Shown here one piece after another: positions 59,540-64,000 of a stretch of 64,000 nt of DNA. The translations under genes were made by a program, and so were the position numbers. Source of the DNA: Obrimoposthia wandeli. Its lineage: Eukaryota. Where the stretch lies: the NCBI GenBank assembly GCA_977020255.1, contig CDROCS010000253.1, positions 2,790,001 to 2,854,000 of the forward strand, written 5' to 3'. The first letter of the stretch is position 1. Every line of letters starts with the position of its first letter. Under the pieces are notes generated by a model. The model saw only the letters and a program-made list of their open reading frames with translations. It ran no database searches and was not told the DNA's origin.

Positions 59540-59973
59540 TAGACTACTTGTTTGCAGTCTCTCTATGAGGTGTTTTAAGGCCGTTTAAGTGAAGCCGAAA
59601 TAGTATTGCTATTAGCGAATAACATGATTTTAGCTTGGGTATATATGTTATTCATTACTATAGCAGGGGTAAAATTGTTACGATTGGAGCTTATCCAAGC
59701 CTATTTTCTATTGGTAACTGTCCTTGGTACCTATTTATAATTTATTTAATAGGTTTAATTGACTCATCAGCTAGTTATTAGGGAAATTCAATGAATATAT
59801 TCTCGCATACATCAATCAACTTTAAATAATTATAAAAGTTATAATTATTTAAAGGGTAAAATTTAATCAACTAAAATATAGAATGAGTCTTTTTATATAG
59901 GGCCTAATTTAACAACCCAACCTGAAAATGTTGAATAGGTGTCAAACCAATACATACTGTATTTTGTCTTCAT

Positions 59974-61017
59974 TTATTGTTTAACTGTTATTTCTATTTT
60001 TGCAATAACTCTACGGTTCAATTTGTGATCAGCAGGAGTATTTCCTTGAGAAATCAACTGTGTTTCACCAAAACCTTTTGAAGATAAACGATTAGCATCT
60101 ATAGTAAATTTATTGATTAATATACTTTTAACCTTATCGGCACGCTTTTGAGAAAGTATTAGGTTATATTTTTCACTGCCTACCGCTGAACTATGACCTT
60201 CAATAACAACTTTTGTGTTTTTGTATTTCTTCATTGAATTAGCTAAACGTTGAATACCATTCACCATTGAAGGTTTCACCTGTGAGCGATTATTTTCAAA
60301 CGTAACATTTAAATTAATTACGACAACTTTTTCTGAGTATAACGAACAACCTTTCGAATCAACTTTTACGTTTACTGGTGTATTATCGCAATGGTCTTTT
60401 TCATCATTTATGCCAGCAGTATCAATAATAGTTACTTCTTTAACAACAGGAGTTGACGTCATTTTTTGTTGTACAACTTTATTAATAACCAGTGGTTTTT
60501 TAACGTCTCCAAACGCGTATTTCAAACCTATTTTTAAGGATTGATCGGTATATCCATAGTTAATGTCACGATAAACAACGACTTCGCTATACAACGAAAA
60601 ACGGTCATTTACTTTAACGTTATAACCAGCGCCTAAATTGACGGTATCGTAACTTTTTATATTATTAAAACGTTTTACACCCGAAAAAAGGTAAATATCG
60701 GTATCTTCAACCTTATAGATAGCGTCAATACCGAAGCGTGTACCATAATCAGCATCAAGGCCATTGTTCATGTTATAACGCGTTTTTTCCAATTCTAAAC
60801 GAGCACTCCATCGTTCATTAATTATTTTTTGTAAATCAATACCAACACCTCTTCCGGCTTCAACTTTCTGCCAGTCAGCTTTGTTTTCTTTGTTTGAGTT
60901 TGATTTTATGTACTCGCCAAAAACACCAAGATCCCACGTTTTATCAATATCTTTTGCTGCTAACGCAGAACTGATTAATGCGGCTAACAGAGTGGTTTTA
61001 AAAAATTTAATTATCAA
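59974..61017 (-). CDS. OmpA-family outer-membrane protein
   Basis: N-terminal beta-barrel-like strands, CDNTP...DSKGC linker, IEGHSSAVG...NLILSQKRA, GFGE, NRRV. Confidence 0.85.
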   Translation of the reverse strand: MIIKFFKTTLLAALISSALAAKDIDKTWDLGVFGEYIKSNSNKENKADWQKVEAGRGVGIDLQKIINERWSARLELEKTRYNMNNGLDADYGTRFGIDAIYKVEDTDIYLFSGVKRFNNIKSYDTVNLGAGYNVKVNDRFSLYSEVVVYRDINYGYTDQSLKIGLKYAFGDVKKPLVINKVVQQKMTSTPVVKEVTIIDTAGINDEKDHCDNTPVNVKVDSKGCSLYSEKVVVINLNVTFENNRSQVKPSMVNGIQRLANSMKKYKNTKVVIEGHSSAVGSEKYNLILSQKRADKVKSILINKFTIDANRLSSKGFGETQLISQGNTPADHKLNRRVIAKIEITVKQ

Positions 61018-61262
61018 ATCCTTATTGATTTTGATGTGATATTACTTAACGTTATGCTCTATAACGGGTTCGTCTGCTAAACGTGTATAGGTAAAAAAGA
61101 GGAATGAAACAAGGTTAATGTGATTTTGAATGGTTGAGGCAGATAACTAGCACAGACTCATCTCTGGCAAACCTGAAACTGAAGCAAAATCACACATTTT
61201 TCATAATTAATCTTTTATTAAAATTGCCCCACAAAAATAAAACACGATCATGATTGTTAGAC

Positions 61263-61298
61263 GTCAAGCTAATTGTTGGGAACCAGTCAAGCTAATTG
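61263..61298. repeat. 13-bp direct repeat pair upstream of the OmpA-family gene
   Basis: GTCAAGCTAATTG at 61263-61275 and 61286-61298. Confidence 0.6.
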
Positions 61299-61313
61299 CT
61301 ATTTTTAAAATAA

Positions 61314-61970
61314 CTAAGCACTATTAACCACAGTATTTATTATTGTATCATCCACGGTAACTGTCGCTGCATTACCATAACCATTAGTGCCACCGTTTTT
61401 TGATGTGTACCCCCCGTGATTTTCTACGGAAATTGCAGCAGGAATGGTCAGTACACCAGTAATGCGGAAAGATCCTTCTCCTTGGTCATTAATGAGTACC
61501 CCTTCGCCCCCCAACGTCAGATTAGCTGAGAGCGCAGCGCTCTGTTTAGGGCTAGTTAAGTTGTTGTGCATTGATGCACCAAACGTTAGGCTGCTGGCAG
61601 AAATTGCTGTTTTAATAGTTTGGCCTTGATGATTTGAGCCTTTTACAGTACAAACACCCGCGTATGGTTCAATGTAACCCGCAGATAACCCCACATTAGT
61701 GCTATTACCTATTATGGTAGCAAGGGTAGTCGCTGCAGCATTATTGGTCTGTACCTGCAAGGCAATGGTAGTTACGCCTTTTGAACCCGTTCGAACGGGT
61801 ATGCGCCAAACACCAAAGTTAACATCAGTGCAACGTATCGATAATATAGGCGTTATACCCGCCTTAGCATTCACTGCGGCACTAACTACATCATTCTCAC
61901 CTGCATTCGTTTGCAGCGAAAATACTGATAATGTTGTGGACAACATAACAGATAAAATTTTATTTTTCAC
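61314..61970 (-). CDS. Secreted pilin-like protein (DUF4402/Csu-like), paralog 2
   Basis: Signal peptide, CTDVNFGVWRIPVR, second Cys (GVCTV), Gly/Thr/Ala-rich. Probable GTG start at 61970 after a GGGGG RBS. Confidence 0.65.
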   Translation of the reverse strand: MKNKILSVMLSTTLSVFSLQTNAGENDVVSAAVNAKAGITPILSIRCTDVNFGVWRIPVRTGSKGVTTIALQVQTNNAAATTLATIIGNSTNVGLSAGYIEPYAGVCTVKGSNHQGQTIKTAISASSLTFGASMHNNLTSPKQSAALSANLTLGGEGVLINDQGEGSFRITGVLTIPAAISVENHGGYTSKNGGTNGYGNAATVTVDDTIINTVVNSA

Positions 61971-62160
61971 AAAACCCCCTTTTACATAACATGAGAAGTC
62001 GATATTTTCACTGAGTCTACGCAAGCTTATTAAACCATAGAGTTAAACGCGCTATAAAAATTTAAAACAGTATTATTTAAAGTAACGTATATATTAATTA
62101 TTTTAAATAATACTGTTTTAAAGAGGGTGTACCCCCCTTTAAAACAGTAAGCTATATTGC

Positions 62161-62793
62161 TTAGGTCACAGGGACAACGTCAGTCACTGTAATTGTCGCC
62201 GCATTACCATTGCCACCCGTACCACCCGTTGATGTTTTGTAACCACCATAATTGTCTTCAGCAATGATTTCAGGAATAGTCATTATTCCGGTAACACGGA
62301 AGGTTCCTGTACCTGTTCCATTAATCGCGACACCTACACCAGCCAAAGTCAAATTAGCCGCTATAGCCGCCGTCTGTGCAGGGTTAGTTAAGTTGTTGTG
62401 TGTCGAGGCACCAAACGATAAATCTGTATTGGCAGAAATTGCTGTTTGAATGGTTTGAGATGGGTTATTTGACCCATTTACAGTACAAACACCTGCTGTA
62501 GGTACTTCAAAACCAGAAGCTAACGCCACATCAGTCGTATTACCACTAGCGGCGGCTGTAGTATTACCTGTTGAGGTATTAGTAGATGTCGTCAATGTAA
62601 TAACAGAAGTTCCGCCGGTATTGCGAACGGGTACACGCCAAACACCAAAGTTTACATCAGTACAGGCTAATGATAATACAGGGCTTAAACCGGCAACAGC
62701 GTTAACCGTTGCTGATACTGTGTCGGCAGTAGCTTGTAACGCAACTGTTGATAAAGTTGCTGCTAGAGCAACAGATAAAATTTTATTTTTCAT
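62161..62793 (-). CDS. Secreted pilin-like protein (DUF4402/Csu-like), paralog 1, putative major subunit
   Basis: MKNKILSV signal peptide, CTDVNFGVWRVPVR, colinear with paralog 2. Confidence 0.65.
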   Translation of the reverse strand: MKNKILSVALAATLSTVALQATADTVSATVNAVAGLSPVLSLACTDVNFGVWRVPVRNTGGTSVITLTTSTNTSTGNTTAAASGNTTDVALASGFEVPTAGVCTVNGSNNPSQTIQTAISANTDLSFGASTHNNLTNPAQTAAIAANLTLAGVGVAINGTGTGTFRVTGIMTIPEIIAEDNYGGYKTSTGGTGGNGNAATITVTDVVPVT

Positions 62794-62805
62794 GATAATT
62801 ACCTA

Positions 62806-62826
62806 TGTTAATTGTTAATTGTTAAT
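62806..62826. repeat. 3 x 7-bp tandem repeat next to the pilin RBS
   Basis: TGTTAAT x3. Confidence 0.8.
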
Positions 62827-62883
62827 TTAATTACAGTGGATATTTCGTTTTTTAAAAAATAAATTTATACTTATAAATCCAAC

Positions 62884-62925
62884 TCATTAGCTTAAATTCA
62901 TTAGCTTAAATTTATTAGCTTAAAT
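62884..62925. repeat. 3 x 14-bp tandem repeat upstream of the pilin gene
   Basis: TCATTAGCTTAAAT, TCATTAGCTTAAAT, TTATTAGCTTAAAT. Confidence 0.85.
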
Positions 62926-63000
62926 TTTCCCATAGTTTTCCATAAAAAAAATAATATTAAAATTTATAATAATTGACGTGGGTACCACATATATTTGCTG

Positions 63001-63026
63001 GCATTAAGTGAATAAGCACTTAATGC
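63001..63026. repeat. 10-bp perfect hairpin
   Basis: GCATTAAGTG-AATAAG-CACTTAATGC downstream of the 63077 gene. Confidence 0.6.
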
Positions 63027-63076
63027 TTATATTGACAAATGATTAGCTAATTTTTTAGAGTTTAAAGGGAGGTTAT

Positions 63077-63601
63077 TCAGGTTGAATGAGTATAAATACA
63101 CCTGAACTCTACGTTTACATTTTGTTTTATAGGGGCTTGTTCAAAGTAACGGATCACCAAGTCAGCGCTGACTGAAAAAGTAAGGCTGACGGGCTTTAAA
63201 TTTCTGGAGTTTGGGAACTTTATTAAATATTCATTGTTATGAAGATATATCAACTCACGGGGTGCTTTGATGCGAATTCCATTTATATCAATTTTACTTT
63301 TAAATTTTACGCTAGAATCTGGCTCAATATGAGCCGAAAAGCGCATCGTTATTCCAGAAGGAGCTGTAATTTTGATTTTCCCTGGATGTGGAGACGAGCC
63401 ATTTGACAAGCTTAGTCCCTTGGACATATTAAAACGTCCATCTGGCCAAAGTGACAAGTGGCCGGATGTTACATTAGGGAGCAGTCTAATTAAAGAAAAA
63501 TTGATAGGCTGTAAAGACTCTACTTTAACATTATCGCAATTTGCAAACCCCCACTGGGGGGCACACAACAGCATAAACAAAGCTATTTTTGTAATTTTCA
63601 T
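63077..63601 (-). CDS. Secreted protein, putative minor pilin/adhesin (DUF4402-like)
   Basis: Signal peptide, LQPINFSLI motif, N- and C-terminal Cys. Confidence 0.55.
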   Translation of the reverse strand: MKITKIALFMLLCAPQWGFANCDNVKVESLQPINFSLIRLLPNVTSGHLSLWPDGRFNMSKGLSLSNGSSPHPGKIKITAPSGITMRFSAHIEPDSSVKFKSKIDINGIRIKAPRELIYLHNNEYLIKFPNSRNLKPVSLTFSVSADLVIRYFEQAPIKQNVNVEFRCIYTHST

Positions 63602-63641
63602 TCGTTCTCCTATGTAGCTACAATATTAAAAAACGTGCTAA

Positions 63642-64000
63642 CTACCTATTGCTCTCAAAAATAAAATCTACCCCTTTAAAATCAAGATCACCCGGTTTGA
63701 TTTCAATGTTTTTGGTTAAGGTAGTTTTTTTACCGTTTTGCTTCAAACGATTGGTGCTAACAACAATGGTCCATTTTCCTGGGTATAAATTTTCAAAGGT
63801 AAAAAAACCGTCAAATACCGTCTTAGTTTCCGCAATAACGTTTTGATTATTATCTAATACGCGAACAAGCGCACTAGAAAGGGCTCTTGTTATACCATCT
63901 CTATTCTTATAAAAAACAGACCCCGAAACAAAACTTGAGTCAACTAACGGTACCGGTATTAAGGTTACTTTTCCTGGCCTAGGTATAATTCTAATGCTAG
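63642..64000 (-). CDS. 3' end of an usher-like outer-membrane protein with a carboxypeptidase-regulatory-like C-terminal domain (partial)
   Basis: Manually translated: SIRIIPRPGKVTLIPVPLV...VIAETKTVFDGFFTFENLYPGKW...IFESNR*. It is absent from the ORF track because it runs off the window. Confidence 0.6.
   Translation of the reverse strand, partial: SIRIIPRPGKVTLIPVPLVDSSFVSGSVFYKNRDGITRALSSALVRVLDNNQNVIAETKTVFDGFFTFENLYPGKWTIVVSTNRLKQNGKKTTLTKNIEIKPGDLDFKGVDFIFESNR

Noticed and set aside
14926-59729. 10-bp inverted match TACCAAGGAC / GTCCTTGGTA near both island edges
   Set aside because: Short, does not extend, and no recombinase is nearby; compatible with chance.
61165-61192. GGCAAACC-T-GAAA...GCAAAA resembling a c-di-GMP-I (GEMM) riboswitch
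   Set aside because: It lies on the strand opposite the OmpA gene, the P2 stem is too short, and the downstream consensus is missing.
62806-62925. Short repeats as a CRISPR array
   Set aside because: The units are 7 or 14 bp, contiguous, without spacers, and no cas genes are present.
588-63846. Many short ORFs in the track that overlap longer genes (e.g. 588-818, 5254-5562, 17594-18076, 34269-34766, 41508-41816, 55371-55694, 63372-63617, 63649-63846)
   Set aside because: They are antisense or alternate-frame shadows of well-supported genes and have no recognisable motifs.
1-64000. tRNA or rRNA genes
   Set aside because: No T-loop/CCA cloverleaf or rRNA-conserved segments were recognised in any intergenic region.

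Overview
64 kb from a marine gammaproteobacterium, probably Colwelliaceae/Alteromonadales (inferred from gene content and repeat style, not verified). It has four blocks. (1) 1-9.3 kb: 5' part of a Vibrio syp-like exopolysaccharide/biofilm locus (GT2, GT4, chain-length/export protein, lipoproteins, LruC-domain protein) with a LuxO/SypG-like sigma54 activator and a degenerate REC-HD-GYP protein. (2) 9.6-14.9 kb: core genes glnS, ilvIH (with an Ile/Leu/Val attenuator and a duplicated ilvH start) and a DUF4136-like lipoprotein. (3) About 14.9-59.6 kb: an accessory island for uptake and oxidation of hydrophobic acyl substrates. It holds an acyl-CoA ligase, enoyl-CoA hydratases, two MMPL/RND modules (one the DUF1302-DUF1329-YCF48-RND cassette), a peroxisome-like SDR/SCP2-thiolase/MaoC module, an aryl-alcohol-type ADH, a rubredoxin-reductase fusion, MalT-like, AraC and TetR regulators, an RND pump, ERIC-like MITEs, a decayed duplication and an IS110/IS1111 pseudogene. 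(4) 59.9-64 kb: an OmpA-family gene and an atypical chaperone-usher-like pilus cluster with tandem pilin paralogs. The strongest unexplained signals are a seven-site CCAAC-NAAA-GTT(G/T) operator tying the catabolic units together, and a 51-bp promoter duplicated on both sides of the AraC gene that links an uncharacterised CxxCH membrane protein to an MMPL transporter. All family assignments come from motif recognition by eye; no database searches were run.
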